A stretch of DNA of 64,000 bases. It comes from Cetorhinus maximus (taxonomy: Eukaryota). The stretch is taken from positions 58,404,001 to 58,468,000 of the forward strand of contig NC_135893.1 of NCBI RefSeq assembly GCF_964194155.1. The letters are read 5' to 3'. The notes under the pieces are model-generated. The model did not search any database. It had not been told where the DNA came from and saw only the letters and a program-made list of their open reading frames with translations. Each line of letters opens with the position of its first letter. Within the stretch, counting starts at the first letter, position 1. Of the stretch, positions 51,955-64,000 are shown piece by piece. The position numbers were made by a program, and so were the translations under genes.

Positions 51955-52320
51955 GGGGATGGTGGTGTAATGGTAATGTCACTGGACCAGTCATCCAGAG
52001 GCCCAGGCTAACACTCTGGTTCAAATCCTACCACGGCAGCTGATGGAATTTAAGTTCAATTATTAAATCTGGAATATAACGCTAGTCCAACTATCAGCAA
52101 TTGTTGTAAAAACCCATCTGGTTCATTAATGTCCTTTTACGGAAGGAAATCTTCCATCCTTCCCTGGTCTGGTTTACATGTCCTCCTGACCCCCACAGCA
52201 ATGTGTTTAACTCTTAACTGCCCTCTGAAATGGTCTAGCAAGCCACTCAGTTCGAGGACAATTAGGGATGATCTTGGCCTTGCCAATGATGCCCACATCC
52301 CATGAAAAACTAAAAAAAGA
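51955..52320 (+). mobile_element. Near full-length tRNA-derived SINE
   Basis: A-box tggtgtaatgg, B-box ggttcaaatcc; same body and tail as 24281-24628. Confidence 0.85.
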
Positions 52321-55300
52321 GATAAAATCAGAGGTGGTTTCGTATCCAGAATGCCCCTTCAAGGGAAGAGCACACCACCCATGGACATTTGCCGTTTAAT
52401 GACTTTACAGAGACATGAGCTTGTTCTTTGTCTGTGCAGAAATTACAAAAGTCTCCTGACCCCCATGCTCCATTTTGGGGCAAGATACATTGTCCCAAAA
52501 TGTCCATTGTCTTCATACGCTTGCGGGTTTGATACAAGCATGACATTACCCAGAGCTTGTTATTTAAAGATTTTTGTACTTTCTGGTGAGCCCACAAATT
52601 CCTTTTTCTGTGAAGTGATTTACACATTGCAGAAAAATTTGAGTCGCAGTTGGATTAAATGAACTGTAACTAAACATGATTGACAGAATAGTGACTGGAA
52701 TTTCTTACCATTGCTGTCTCTGAAAAGTAACTATTGCTAACGTTTTCAGCACTAATACATTTTGGTTAGTATGAAGGAAACCTGCCTGTTGCACATTTCT
52801 CTGGAAAGAAGATGGGAAAGTTGAGGGACTGTACCATCCCCCAGTTGGAAGCAAGTATCTGCTCACATTTTCCCCCAGAAAATGGTCTCTGATGTGAGTG
52901 GATTTTTTTTTAAGCAAAGGGTGAACCAAAATTTCTTTGTTTTAATATTTGTTGTAGAGAGTAATTTTGAAATTAGATAGGGCACCTACAGTTCCGGCTT
53001 TCTGAGCTTGCTGCACTGCCAGCAGGAAGCCCAAATTTAAATCTATTTTAGTATTTTGAGTCTAACATGATTCTTCTTCAGAACTCCAAGTCATATTAGA
53101 CTCGATGTCTCTTTTTCTCTCCACAGATGCTGCCAGAATTGCTGTTTTTTTTCAGCATTTTGTTTTTATTTCAGATTTCCAGCTTCCGCAGTAGTTTTTT
53201 TATTTGAATCCATTTTGTTGGACATGTTATAATTGGGTTTCCTTCACATTTTGTCAACATCTGCCAGTGCACAGGGACGGCACAGGGAACAGAAACTGGA
53301 ACACTGTCTTGGTTAAGGTCTTTTTATACCCTGCTCAAGTTACGTTCCCAGTTGGATATGCAAAGGAGTGAGAAGGAAACAAATTGTTTCATGGGGCAGA
53401 TGTAAACGATCCCTCAGCAGTATTTGAAGAATGGGGACATTTTTGTGTGCCAGTTAACGTTTATCCCTCTGCTAACATCTTAAAACAAATCTGATCCCTT
53501 AACTCAGTGGTATTGGCTGTTGTGTTTACCTACATAACACAATTGACAACCAATAAACATTGTTGGTGCATTCTGAAGACATGAAAGGTGCTATATAAAT
53601 GCAAGTTTGTCATTAAGACGCAGATTGACGGAGCCAAGGGTTATTGATTAACTTTGGGGCTAGAATTACTGCTTGTCCAGCTCAGATTGCCATACCTGTC
53701 AGAAAATTGGATTTTCTTTAGCTAAGTCAGAAAAATCCAAGCCTCCAGTGATTGGTCCATTCTTATAGCTTTTATTACTGAGGCAGGCAAACTGACCGAT
53801 CATCAACAATGTCCTGGAGTAATGCATACCTGTAGGGTTCTTGTATTGGATGACCTAATCCTAAGCTTCTATCACCAGTTTTGTCATTTTCGGCCAAAAG
53901 GGACCTTTTTTTATATCTTCCTTCTTACAAGAAGAGTTGCAAATCAGTTATTAGCCAACTGATGACTGTGGATTTGGGTTCTTGTATATCCCATGGAGTG
54001 GTATTTTCACTAGTTGGAGGTGTAGCAGTTCGGCAACACCTCCTTTTCACAGCCCAATCATGATGGATATTGAATCCTGGCTATATGTTTGCATATTCTC
54101 ATCTGTGGCCTCCAGGTAAAAATCTTCCAGCAGTAGTCAATTTGATTCTGGGTTTTCTCAACAGCAATTGCCTTTGTTGTGGTGGAATGACCTACAATAG
54201 GATACTGTGTTGTGTTAGCCACAGTGTTGTTGAGATGGTTCACTTATCCCCAACAGCTTAATTGTGCTCATCTTAAAGGTATTAAGGAATATGAGGCTAA
54301 AGGGGATATAGAGTTAGGTTGCAGATCAGCTACAATTTAATTGAATGGCAGAACAAGCTTAAAGGGCTAAATTATCTACCCCTGTACCAATGTTTCTAAA
54401 GAGGTGCATCTGCAATGAGGCTGCCTCCAGGGTCCACAGTGATAGGTTGACATAGGCCATGAATTCATCTCAATGCTTTGTTCTGGATCTCGAATCAGGT
54501 GAAGACCAGAGGCCGTGAAGAGCTCTTTCAGACAGGTCTTGTACACCTTATGCTTGCCTTGGATTAGGAAGTGGCTGTTGCTGAAGAAAGACCATTTGAG
54601 TAGGGTCCTGAAGGAGTGACTTCCAGGACCCTGAAAGACGACGATGAATCAGAAATGTATATATCTTGTAAAACCCTTTTAAGCTCCCCTCTTAGGCTCT
54701 ATAAAGAGGCACTATATCTGAGATGACCTACTACTATATTTCACAGTTTAACCCACTGACTCACATTCTGGATAGAGTGCATTGGGCCCCAGGTGAGTCT
54801 GCTAATAACACTATTGTCTGCAAAAAGGAGCACCACAATACTTTTAAAAAACATGTACAACTGACATTAAGTCCAGTCCTTAAATATCATTCCAAAATAT
54901 TATGGATGAAGGACAGTGGACAGCCTCTCATTGGCTATGTGATCTTGTTACCCAGCCTTTTGGTATTTGAGATCTGAAGCACTTTTTTCTCAATGACGGT
55001 TTGAACTATTTTGTTGCAGTTGGATAAAAGTATCAATGTGGAAGGTAGTGTTCCAGGAATCTTAAACACCAGGAATAAAAATCCATGTAATTGGCAGCAT
55101 GGAAAGAACTTACAGTTTTACTGATAGGTAAATTGCTTGGGAGTTCAGGAAACCATGGAACTGAGCTGAAAAGAAGCTGAATCATACATTTACTCAATAT
55201 GTGACTTATACTGGACCAATGACAAGTGTTATTGATGGGTTGATGACATTGAGGAAGAAACACTCAATGTACTTGCTAAAAAGTGCCTGATTTAATGTAT

Positions 55301-55771
55301 AATGTAATGTTTTTCCTCAAAGCTAAATGGACCTAATCATGCAATGCTTTCCAAGAGCTAAGAAGGTATTGTATTTATTCACTTTGTGAATAGGAGACTA
55401 AAAATGTTCTGTTCATGATATGAAGGGGTGAGATTGGGAGGCACTTTTCAGGAAAACAATGACTGGCTACCTACAAGTGTACAAACATGTCTTCACAGTA
55501 TTGTCTGTCAATGAATATAACTATAATAGATGTACTACACAAGATTTACAACCCAGTTAAATATAATTTGCACATGTATGAGCTTAATTGCAGGGCGAGA
55601 GTCACTATTTTCCTAAATTTACTGAATTGTTGCCAGTCTGCAAAGTTCAAAGAGAAGGATGGTCTTTGAATATAGAGAAATATTTGTGATGGGTAGATGT
55701 TAGTTTGGAGACTGTATCCAAGGCTAGGCATTGGAGGTGCTTTGCAGCACATACCTGCAACATTGCCTCTT

Positions 55772-56170
55772 TTTTTGAGAAAAAGTCAGTCATGGGATGT
55801 GGACATCCATGGCATTTATTGTCTATCCCCAGTTGCCTTGAGAAGGCGATAGACCATCTTCTTGAACAGCTGATAGAGGTTTCATACAACAAAGTGCCTT
55901 GCTGGGGCAATTAAGAGTCAACCACATTGGTATGGGAACTAGAGTCACATATAGGCCAGACTGGGTGGTAGGTTTCCTTCCGTAAAGGACATTAGTGAAT
56001 CATTAGGACTTTTATGGCAATCTGACGGTCCTTCATGGTATCGGCATTTTATTTCAACATTTCTTTTGAACTGAATTAAATTTGTCAAACTGCCCTGGTA
56101 GGACTTGAGCTCATTTTTTTCTGAATTATTACTTCAGGCACCTTGACTACTAGTCCAGTAACAACTACCT
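55772..56170 (-). mobile_element. tRNA-derived SINE, same family, reverse orientation
   Basis: catgggatgtggac..., aagagtcaaccacattg, ggtttccttccgtaaaggacattagtgaa. Confidence 0.8.
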
Positions 56171-57289
56171 AACTGAAACAGTTGCTCTTGCTTTTTAAAA
56201 AAAACCCCACCAGATTGGGGTAAACAGTAGGTGGGAAGAGAAGGTGATGAAAAACAAAACATTGTTTGATATACTGGGCTGACTTAGAATAAGAATGAAA
56301 AAGATACAAATGATTCTTGGCATGTTTTTATTATATGGCTAACTTGATTAGTGCTTAGCTTGTAGCAACTGGTCTATGATTTTGAGAGGAGATGATCTTT
56401 CAGTTGGCCTTGAAGGTATTAGTTGCAGAGTACACTTGCAGCTAACATATTAAGTCACACAGCTGCATTTTTAATTATTAATGAGGGTATTGATTGTGGT
56501 GACAATTGGTCAAAGTAACAAAAGTTAAAATAGAATTTAAAAAGTCTATGAAGAATGCCATCAGGAATTAACTCCTGATTTTGCCTGTGGCTGGATGAAG
56601 ATGGTCAATATGTTCTTTTGAATGAGAGAGAGAGACACTCACACATTCAAAGGGCTTGGTGACTTAATTTAATGTCATCGGGCATCTAACATGGTTAAAG
56701 AAGAAAAGTTTTTCCATCTGTAAAACTGGTCCATGAAGTTCAGGATGTGGTAACAACTTTTCAATAACTGCACTTTTTCCATAGGTGTTCCTCAGTTCCA
56801 TTGGTGCTGACCAAATACTGTAAATGTCATTCATGCACTTTTGGTATTTCTAATCTTAAGAATAAGGTTGGACTTAGCCTACAAATTACCCTATTTAACA
56901 ATAATGCTCTACATTAGAATCCATGTTGGATTTTGACTACTTTGCCTGTCTCTTGAAAAATGGAAAAAACACATTTGGAACCAGACTAGTGTAACCTAAA
57001 ATTATTTCTTCAGTTTATTTGTGTCAATTCAATTTACAAAAGCAAAGATACAAGATAATTAATACATCTAAAATGTCTGGAGATGTTCCACAGAGAGCAA
57101 CTTAACATTTTTTCAGCTTCATACTCCGATGCTAAAAAAGAAACAGTCCTGTATACTCTGTGCCAGCAATGCCTTTGAGTTCAATCAAGGTTTTCTTTCA
57201 TAATGTAAGCTTTTGTTACAAAGCTGCTTCATCCTGATGTGCTTTCACTGAGAGAGAAAGCTGATGAACCATGACACACTTTTAAAATT

Positions 57290-58215
57290 TGCATGCAGGT
57301 TCTGGTTGATGGCAAAGCCACAATTTTATTGCCCATCCTTAGTGGCTCTGAGGAAGTGGTTATGGGTCTTTTCCTTGAACTGCTGCAGTCTTTGTCCTAA
57401 TGGAGCTCCCATTGTGTTAAGTAAGGAGTTGAAGCATAGCCTGTGTACAAGTCAGGATGGTGGAGAACTTGAAGGTGCTGGTGTTCCCACGCTCTTTCCT
57501 GTGCTAGAGGTTGCAGGGCTGAAAGGTGCTGTTGACTTAAGCTTTGTAAGTTGTGACTGTGTCCTGCAGATCGTACATACTACAACCACAGTATAATAGT
57601 GATGGAGGCGTGATATATTGAGAGGTAACAAGCAGATTGCACTATTCTGAATTGTTGAAACCATCTTGAATATTGTGGCAGCTGCACCAAAATAGGAGAG
57701 CGAAGTATTCCACTATGTTGTCAACTTGACCCTAGTAGGTGGCAGCAGGCCAGGAGATGAGCTACTTATTGGAGTACCCTGCCTCAGCCTGGCTTTCAAC
57801 CATGGTGCTCCAATTAAGCATCTGGTCAAGATGTTGATGGTAGGTCACTTGCAATGATGGTGTCATTTAAGTTCATCAAGAAGTGTGTTTTTTGTTAGAG
57901 ATAGTTATTTCCTGACACTCGGGTAGTGTGAATGGTATCTGTAACTTGTCAGCCAAATGTTATCCAGGTTCTGCTGTAGACTTGCATGTGCTCCTTCATT
58001 ATTAGAAGAGTTGGGAATGGAGCTGAAAATTGGGAAATGGTTGACAAGCAATTACAATCATGAATTTATATTGGAGGAAAGGTCATTCATCAAATGGCTG
58101 AAGATGGTTGAGCCAAGGAAGCCGTTCTGAGGCACACCTGCAGCAAAGTCTTGAGGCTGCGATGATTGGCCTTGCCAATCATGACTGTCTTCCTTTAAAT
58201 ATGATTCCAGCCTTG
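57290..58215 (-). mobile_element. Degraded LINE related to the 32596-34400 element
   Basis: Reverse 3' tail ttttattgcccatccttagt...ccttgaactgctgcagtc and aaggtcattcatcaaatggctgaagatggttg. Confidence 0.65.
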
Positions 58216-59688
58216 ATGGCAGCCGCTGTTTACTTTTTCTCTGATATTTAGCTTGCCTTAATATCTCGATGATGGTGTTGATGAGATCTGAAGCTTTTGA
58301 AGATGTGATTACTCAGCGACTATCTCAGTACTAATGCTGTTCCCCTATATAACAACACAGATTCTCATAAGATTTACCCGAGGCTGAAATGCAATATTAT
58401 GGAAACCAACCACTGGAGACAGCTGAAGGACCTTTTTGAAATAAATTAGCACAATCTGCAATGGGGGTTTGTAGTTTGCAGTGTCCCGTCAACATTTTAA
58501 ACAAACTGTTCTCATCAAATGGATCCTTTTTTCCTAATTAACTCTTGATGAAAGAGAAACTGCCTATTTTATTCAACAGATGTTAATGTCCTTCATTTTA
58601 AACTTGGGGAAGGGACAACCTCTATTTTAAATTTCAGTTTCTTTTGCAATATTCCATTTGGTTAGGTTTCTTCCATGAAATAACAAGGAAGACTTTACAG
58701 AATCATAGAAATTACAACATAGGAAGTCAATCAGTTATTAGCTAATGCTAGTTCATCAAGTCCCCCATAAAATACGTGCCCTTGCCACTAATTTCATAAT
58801 TTTTGACCACTTGTCTAAGACCGCGTCATTCATTTGCACCCTTTGCATCGTGTTCAACCTTGAATTGACCTTCAGTCCTCATACTCTTTCCATCATAAAG
58901 ACTGCTTACTCTCACCTGTGCAACATTGCCCACCTCTTCCCATTTCCGTGCCTATTCCACTGAGACCCTCAACATGTCTTTGTTTCTTCACATTTGACTG
59001 CTGAACACTCTCCTCGCTGGCCTTACAGTCTCTATCCTCTTAAACCCCCACTTATTCAAATCTCTGCTACAGATAACATATCCCTCTTACCACTTCCTTG
59101 CTGATGTACATGAGCTTCCAGTCCTCCAAAGTACGAATGTAAAATCCTCGCTTTCATCCTTAAATCTTTTTGTGGTTTTATTGCAACCTCATTTACCCAC
59201 AAGCAGCCTGTTTTTCTGATGCTGCTTCTTGCACGTCTCATCCTTACTTTGTCCTTCTATTGCTGGTATATACTTCAGCTGGTATATCCTCCCTTCTTTG
59301 CATGGGGGGAGAGGAAGTTAATTTTACAGTGAAAATAGCTTGCATGCATTTGAAATAAGCATTGGGAAGCACGTTTTTGTTATTTTTAAATGTGTATTTG
59401 CTGTGTTTCACATGTAGTTCATTGGCAGGGCATGGAGCGCACTGTCGCAGATCTAGGTGTGCTCTTAGTTTTTGGAGGGGTGCAGATGAGGAAGATGGGA
59501 GAGGTATAAATTGAATGTAATGCGTAATATTGTCCTTAGGTGAATACAAACAATCTAAATTTTAACACTTTAAATTGTATGTTATGTGATGGATTTTGCC
59601 AATAAACATGGGAATAGTATTAAATATTAGTTATTGTGTAGTATTTTGGCACTTGATTGAATGTAAATATTTTTGTATTTCTTTACAG

Positions 59689-59725
59689 AAGAATTACAAA
59701 GAGGCTGAAGAAGATTGTAAAAGTG
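59689..59725 (+). CDS. HELZ: HELZ-like coding exon 2
   Basis: ctttacag|AAG AAT TAC...AGT G|gtaagt; 37 nt; KNYKEAEEDCKS vs HELZ KNYVQADEDCRH. Confidence 0.92.
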
Positions 59726-59904
59726 GTAAGTTGCATAAAATGGCTTCCATTAATTATATGTGTAAATATAATGTTTTCTGTTGAGGTTTTTTAGGAATTG
59801 TTTTTAAAGTTTTAATATTGAAAAAAAACAACCTATATATATTTAGTATGGCTTTTGGTGATAGATGTATTTTTCACATGTTAATTAACTGTTCTGTTCC
59901 CAAG

Positions 59905-60029
59905 TTTTATGCTTCCATGAAATTCTGGGGGAAAACCTGTTAAGAGATGTGTTGGCATCACTGGTTCTAGAGGGAAAACTGAAGGATGTTTATGATGCTT
60001 TGTGCGATTGTAAGACTGAAGACTGTATG
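59905..60029 (+). CDS. HELZ: HELZ-like coding exon 3
   Basis: gttcccaag|TT...ATG|gtaggt; 125 nt; (V)LCFHEILGENLLRDVLASLVLEGKLKDVYDALCDCKTEDCM aligns without gaps to HELZ [42 protein letters not shown]. Confidence 0.88.
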
Positions 60030-60126
60030 GTAGGTCAGCATTTTGGCGATTGAAATTTGTTTTTTAATTAATGCGATTTCAGTAGAATTCATAGCGCACA
60101 AAGCACATGTCGCTTTATGCTTCCAG

Positions 60127-60183
60127 AATGGAGCCTCCTTAAGTCATCTGAGACGGCTACTGCACTTACTGACGGAGTTGCAG
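60127..60183 (+). CDS. HELZ: HELZ-like coding exon 4
   Basis: gcttccag|AAT...CAG|gtaaga; 57 nt; NGASLSHLRRLLHLLTELQ vs HELZ NGMVTKDLTRLKTLLSETE. Confidence 0.9.
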
Positions 60184-61371
60184 GTAAGAGATTAATGTAT
60201 GATTATAGAACTTAAATATGTTTCCCTTGAAACAAGTAATGCGAGAGCAGGTAACTGTTCTGTGCGTTTTTGGGAGGGTGGGAATTTGAGTATACTGCAT
60301 TATTTCATTAGATACAGAATGGATGATATGTTAGGGTTAAGTTCCTCCTACTGTCACTGACAATATGCCTCATCTCCAATCTCTGAGAAGCACACCCAGC
60401 TATGTCAGTGTGATATGGTAATTTGTTAAATCAACAATCTGTCAGTGAGAATGCTATATTAGGTGCTGATTCTATTTTGTGTATGGATTTATGGCTACTG
60501 GGAAACAACCCTCTGAACTAGGACCCCAGCATCTGGTAGAGACCAATGATGATCTGGGCTAGATCAATTTAAGGCACAAAAGTTGAGAATTTGAACACTG
60601 CTATTGTATTGCCATTATTAGTAGTTTTTGAGATCTTGTCTATTGCTTTATTATCAAAGATTCTTTCTGGCTAAGTCACTAAAAATGGTTAACCCCCTCC
60701 ACGGGCCCGACGTGACTTCGCCCTCCCAGGCCGCCAAAATCTTACTCTCCAGGAGCCTGACGTACCTGGTTCCCTGGGCTCCAGCCTCGACGTTCCAGGC
60801 TTCCCGGGCTCCGGCCCTGCCATACCTTTGCTTCCCTCGGTCCAGTAGGCCTCAACACACTCACCAACGCCAGTGTTTTCTGTCCTCCAATCAGAAACTG
60901 TTTCTTTCCCTCATGTGGGAGAGAAGCAGTCTCTGATTGGAGGAGTAGCTCCATGCAGAATCTTCTATCAAAACACAGCTGTTTTACCCGAATTTTGAAA
61001 ACTGGCTCTGGGGGCTGCATCCTATGTGGGTTGTACATTGGACAAGCCTGTGTTAGAATGTTTGAAGCTTCAGTGTGCATTATGTTAACTGTGAATGCTC
61101 TGGACTTTCTCAGAACAATATAACAAGAAATTGTAAATGCTTACATTTCCAGTTCTAGGTAGGACCCAGGTACCATACCATACCTTGTTAAAGCAGGTCA
61201 TAACTGTTCTGAAGGTAGAGAATATTATGTGACTCATGTACAGTGGTTTGCACAATCTATTATAAATGTGTTGCAGATACTTAGTTACATTTGTAAACAG
61301 TGATGCAGAAGATTAACAGAAACTTTAAGGATTTTAATTATTTATGTGAAGTTTCTTCTTTTTTTAAGCAG

Positions 61372-61417
61372 GCTGCAACTAATGGTGCTCTCTTTTCATC
61401 AGAGCAAGATGCCAAAG
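61372..61417 (+). CDS. HELZ: HELZ-like coding exon 5
   Basis: Long polypyrimidine tract then aagcag|GCT...AAA G|gtgtgt; 46 nt; AATNGALFSSEQDAK vs HELZ TATSNALSGYHVEDLDE; supplies the phase 0 to 1 change the next exon needs. Confidence 0.72.
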
Positions 61418-63218
61418 GTGTGTGCTGACATTGTGAAGCTAAATTCATTCCTGCAACAAATAATAATGCTCTTTAAAAAAAAGAACAATGTCACCTCTGA
61501 CACTGACAGAATCTTTATTGGTATGTCTCCCTGATAGGAGAAAGTTGTGGACACTTCACTGAGATTACACCTCATCTAGTGTTTGAGTAGCTTTGCTAGA
61601 GGTGGCTTTAGAAAATGGCTAATACAGTGCTATTTTAATATTCGTTAATACTTGGCACAAATGTAGTATCTATATAAAAAGAAAACTAGGGTGATGTTTG
61701 GACCCTTCAACCCATTTATAGAACAAATCAAAACTTACAGTGAGTTATTAGAACAGTGGTATTATGCTACATATTTTCAGGGATGCTTATTTATCAACAC
61801 TGGGGGTGGCCCTGGGATTTGAGATCACTGGGAAAGGGGCCTCAGATGTAGTCACACTTGATGGGTCGTTCTTGTGGTCTAGGAGTACAGGAGAGTTGGG
61901 GGATTGGTGGGGGGTGGGGTGGTGGTGGTGGTTGGTGGTGGTAGCGGTGCACCTGAAATCATTGGCAGAGGAGTCCTAGGATCTGGAGTATTGTAGAAGG
62001 AGATTCTAGTGCTTGGGTGCATTGTGTTGGTTTGAGATTAAAGAACTCCGAATAGTACAAGGATTGAACAATGCAATATAGAGGTTCTGAGCATGAAGGG
62101 GTCTTGGAATCGGGAAGGGGCATGTTTTGAGGAAGCATTCTTGGGTTCCAGCAAGACTGTTTATAAGCTTCTTTATTTAGGAGGAATCGCCAAAAGACTT
62201 GAGAATGCTGCATTGAATTTCTAAAAATATTCCTGGTCTATATGTGCATGCACATTGCTCCACCTCCTATCCACATGGTGCAACAGGAGCTTTCTTTAAT
62301 TGGATCATACCTATTTTTTATGGAAAACTTAGTAAACTGAAGTTAAAATAAATCTTTGATGTTTGGTCTTTTTACTTAAAAAAAATTGGAGTATGGGATG
62401 GTTTGTGGAGCAGTAAATGGTGTTATGGAGTGAAATGAGAAGAGTTTTAAGTTGGTGGTTCATTTGAGAGCAAGGATGAAAGTTAGAGGAAGAACAGATT
62501 TTCTTTGCTCTTTTGAGGCTTTTGAGAGTTGATTTGAGGAGCAGCACTGGGAGTAAGCTGCCTATTTTGCATAGAAGAATAGAATAGAATGATAGACCAT
62601 TCCTGTGTCGACTCTTTGAAAGAGCCCTCCATTAAACCCCACTCTCTTGCTTTTTGGCCCATAGCTCTGCAAAAGTTTCCTTTTATAAGTGTATACCCAA
62701 TTCTTTTTTGAAAATTACTGTTAAAATACATAATTCAGTCATGTATCTAAAAACATCTTTCGAAAGGAGAAGAATAATAACATCTTCCCCACATTTTTGA
62801 TGGCAGGAGGGTGGTGATGCAACTGATAATAATTGAATTAATAAACTAATATATGGTATAACTCTTTGGTGAAGAACCAAAAACATGGGGGAGAAAGATT
62901 TTTGGTTCTTTTCAGCCTTATGGTTAACCATGCTGATTGATTGTAGCGAGACAGGTTTATCACTGACCTTTCCCACATGGCGCATTTGGGTTTCAGCTAG
63001 AGCCATTTGGGAATATGGCTTCCTCAAGTGATGTGAAGAAAATCAGAAGGGAAGAATCTTCTAGAATTCTACTGTCTGCACCTTTTTATCCAGGATGCTG
63101 ACATTGATTAGCTACTAATCGTGATCACTGGACCAGGTTCTTGCTTACACCCTGGGGAGGCTGAATGCATGTTATGGAGACCTTAGACAGAAAAGTAATT
63201 TTTTCAATTGTCTTTCAG

Positions 63219-63294
63219 AAAGTGAATGTCGATGGAAGTTCCGTCCACCTCCACGAGGTGTTGTTGGAATTGATGAGTATTCCTTGTGTTGCCA
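63219..63294 (+). CDS. HELZ: HELZ-like coding exon 6, start of the CCCH zinc finger; gene continues beyond the right edge
   Basis: tctttcag|AA...CA|gtaagt; 76 nt; (E)SECRWKFRPPPRGVVGIDEYSLCC vs HELZ [25 protein letters not shown]. Confidence 0.92.
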
Positions 63295-64000
63295 GTAAGT
63301 TTATGATTATTAATATGCCTGATACAATACCCAAGTGATGTTAGTAGAGCTGTGCTATATTTATAAAAATCAGAAAATGCTGGAAGTTCTCAATGCCAGG
63401 TAGCATTGGTGGAGAGAGAAAGAGTTAACTTTTCAGGTTGATGACCTTTCATCAGAATTGGAAAAAAGTTAGAGAAATAGCAGGTTTAAGCAAGTACAGA
63501 GGCAGGAGGAGGGGAAGAACGATCTCCATTTTTGTTCTGTGGTAGGATGGAAGGCAAGAGAGGTTAAATGACAAAAGGAATAATGATGCAAGGTGAAAGA
63601 GGGTGATATTGGGATAGATATCATCCGCTGGTTTTCCATGGTGATAGTCTGTGGTGTGCTAGGGTATTGGTTTCCTGATCAAGATTTCTCACTTGGCGAA
63701 ATAATTATTTCAGCTGTACTTTGGAGGACATTTACTAAATGGATGCAAGTCTTGCATACCCCTTAGTGTCTGAACTTGTTTTCATTGGGGATAAATTTTA
63801 TTAAGGGAGGGTGGAGGGGTGGGATCCAGATTTTTAAGATGTTGAGATGTGTAAGCAGGCTTTTTGGCTTCAATTTGGTGTAGAATTACAAGGCAGAGGC
63901 CTAATACTTAATGGGTCGCAGTGGAGCCTGCCTACAAGGCTTATTGTTACTCAGTGGTGAATGTGTAGAACTGATTCCCAGATTAAGTAGTTGAAGCTGT

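Noticed and set aside
54602-54632. Hairpin AGGGTCCTG...CAGGACCCT (also TTGGATTTT...AAAATCCAA near 53711-53740)
   Set aside because: Short stems expected by chance in 64 kb; no miRNA or snoRNA features.
61403-61520. Alternative 118-nt HELZ-like exon (SKMPKVCADIV...RIFI) with matching phases
   Set aside because: No resemblance to HELZ; the overlapping 61372-61417 exon has a stronger pyrimidine tract, similar length and AATNGAL/TATSNAL similarity.
1-64000. CRISPR arrays, operons or other prokaryotic systems
   Set aside because: Sequence is intron-rich vertebrate DNA; no regularly spaced repeat-spacer array seen.

Overview
Eukaryotic, vertebrate genomic DNA, most likely a cartilaginous fish (shark/ray) judging from the repeat families (CR1 and L2 LINEs, Deu-domain SINEs, Penelope-like elements). 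Two intron-rich genes run head-to-head from one CpG-rich promoter at about 29.3-29.9 kb. Minus strand: RBBP6 coding exons 1-4 (28379-28544, 20774-20873, 13625-13661, 1143-1187), which splice in frame into the DWNN ubiquitin-like domain; the gene continues past the left edge. An intron-3 read-through with its own poly(A) signal encodes a short DWNN-only isoform. Plus strand: six in-frame coding exons of a HELZ-family helicase (45444-45632, 59689-59725, 59905-60029, 60127-60183, 61372-61417, 63219-63294), continuing past the right edge. It is far more diverged from human HELZ than RBBP6 is from human RBBP6, and it sits where a genome-duplication sister copy of HELZ would be expected, so it may be a paralog missing from the mammalian locus. 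Introns are full of nested transposons: a young CR1 RT ORF, two solo LTRs, SINEs, and Penelope-like termini carrying hammerhead-ribozyme motifs, several with clear target-site duplications. Human protein sequences and gene order used for comparison are recalled from memory, not searched. Repeat boundaries without a TSD are approximate.
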